From NCBI GenBank assembly GCA_964016885.1, contig OZ024743.1, positions 99,324,001 through 99,388,000 on the forward strand: a stretch of DNA of 64,000 nt, read 5' to 3'. Below the pieces are notes generated by a model. It saw nothing but the letters and a program-made list of their open reading frames with translations. It was not told the origin of the DNA and made no database searches. The number at the start of each line of letters is the position of its first letter. Within the stretch, counting starts at the first letter, position 1. The position numbers and the translations under genes were made by a program. The stretch is from Eledone cirrhosa (Eukaryota). Shown piece by piece: positions 61,983 to 64,000 of the stretch.

Positions 61983-62879
61983 ACGCTGGTGAATGAGGTA
62001 TTGCATGTAAGCTAAGATAGAAACAAAAAGCAGATGAAGATGGGGTAGAAGAGAAAGGAAGAGAGAGGTAAGACAAACTTTAGAGACATAGAGAGAAACA
62101 TTATCAAAAGAGATATATAAGGGTGGAGAAGGTAAAGGAGAAAGAGGAAAGTAAAAATGGAAGAAGGAAGAAATGAAGAAGAGATGGTAATTAATTCTAT
62201 CTATTCTTAGTATGAATTCTCTAAAGTTAAGTGGGAATATATTCATAAGGAAGAGAATAAAAAACTGAATTTAAACGAAGGAAAAAGAAAATTGAACACA
62301 GAATGGGGGAGTGTGAAGAGGGAGTATAAGATATTAGAGGAAAACTATATGAATGTTTTGAGTGAAAGCAGAGAGAGAGAGGAACTTGTTTAACAGGGAG
62401 ATAGCATAAAATCTAATATAGATGAGTTATGTGTAAATAGGAAGAGAGGAAGAGGTGGGGTATTAATGAAAAAAGAACAGGATTAAAATGCACCAAAGCC
62501 TGGTGGATAAACAATTTAATAAACACAGAATTAGAAAATTAGGTAATTAAGGTGAAAATGAGAAAGATCTCAATATAACCAAATAAAATAGTAAAATAAA
62601 GGAAAAATAAAGATAAAAATAAATAAATGATAAATGAAATAAAATAAAATATTCTCACATTGGCAATTTGGGGGCTAGGGAAAGTAGATTATATCGAACC
62701 CAGTACTTAACCAGGATGAATGAAAGCAAAGTTGAAAAAATATAATAATGGTTTCTATATCTTGCTCATATGTTTCTATGAATGGATGCCCTTCCAAACA
62801 CTTTACTGAATTGAGTGATTGTATTTTATCATGACATCAGCACTACTGTTCACTTCTTCTTATGGGATTCTAATAGGAT

Positions 62880-64000
62880 CCACTTCATACCACATTGTGA
62901 CAGCTGGTGACTCTAGGATCCAGTCTATAACACATTGTGACAGCCGGTGACTCTAGGGTACAGTCTATAACACATTGTGACAGCTGGTGACTCTAGGATC
63001 CAGTCTATAACACATTGTGACAGCTGGTGACTCTAGGATCCAGTCCTTAACACATTGTGACAGCCGGTGACTCTAGGATACAGTCTATAACACATTGTGA
63101 CAGCCGGTGACTCTAGGATACAGTCTATAACACATTGTGACAGCTGGTGACTCTAGGATACAGTCTATAACACATTGTGACAGCTGGTGACTCTAGGATC
63201 CAGTCTATAACACATTGTGACAGCTGGTGACTCTAGGATACAGTCTATAACACATTGTGACAGCCGGTGACTCTAGGATCCAGTCTATAACACATTGTGA
63301 CAGCCGGTGACTCTAGGATCCAGTCCATACCACATTGTGACAGCCGGTGACTCTAGGATCCAGTCTATAACACATTGTGACAGCCGGTGACTCTAGGATA
63401 CAGTCTATAACACATTGTGACAGCCGGTGACTCTAGGATCCAGTCCATACCACATTGTGACAGCCGGTGACTCTAGGATACAGTCTATAACACATTGTGA
63501 CAGCCGGTGACTCTAGGATCCAGTCTATAACACATTGTGACAGCTGGTGACACTAGGATACAGTCTATAACACATTGTGACAGCCGGTGACTCTAGGATA
63601 CAGTCTATAACACATTGTGACAGCCGGTGACTCTAGGATACAGTCTATAACACATTGTGACAGCCGGTGACTCTAGGATCCAGTCTATAACACATTGTGA
63701 CAGCCGGTAACTCTAGGATACAGTCTATAACACATTGTGACAGCCGGTGACTCTAGGATCCAGTCTATAACACATTGTGACAGCCGGTAACTCTAGGATA
63801 CAGTCTATAACACATTGTGACAGCCGGTGACTCTAGGATCCAGTCCATACCACATTGTGACAGCCGGTGACTCTAGGATACAGTCTATAACACATTGTGA
63901 CAGCCGGTGACTCTAGGATACAGTCTATAACACATTGTGACAGCTGGTGACTCTAGGATCCAGTCTATAACACATTGTGACAGCCGGTGACTCTAGGATA
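62880..64000. repeat. 40-bp minisatellite (CACATTGTGACAGCCGGTGACTCTAGGATACAGTCTATAA)n running off the window end
   Basis: Directly visible, about 28 highly homogeneous units. Confidence 0.97.

Noticed and set aside
59260-64000. 36-bp and 40-bp repeats as possible CRISPR arrays
   Set aside because: The units are head-to-tail with no unique spacers, there are no cas genes, and the context is eukaryotic.

Overview
AT-rich, microsatellite-dense eukaryotic DNA. The repeat families and (TA)n density suggest an invertebrate, probably an octopus or related coleoid cephalopod (inference, not proven). The only host coding sequence I can support is one 143-nt minus-strand exon (15614-15756) of a TULP4/WDR35-type WD40 protein, so most of the window is probably intron. 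The rest is a transposon landscape: one intact full-length RTE LINE (APE + RT + PHD finger) with many truncated relatives, two tRNA-derived SINE families, a near-complete Naiad-type Penelope-like element (PLE; RT + GIY-YIG), Chapaev3-like, mariner, CRE and Helitron relics, a probable solo LTR and three minisatellites. The most striking hidden signal is RNA-structural. At least seven minimal type I hammerhead ribozyme motifs, plus several degenerate or half copies, lie in about nine unrelated short repeat families, usually next to (TA)n tracts. These motifs explain three long palindromes as inverted PLE pseudo-LTR insertions. In the near-complete PLE the 5' end coincides exactly with the ribozyme cleavage site, the ribozyme stem III is itself (TA)n, and a shared GAGYRCTC palindrome follows the ribozymes in several families. 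All folds and alignments were done by eye.
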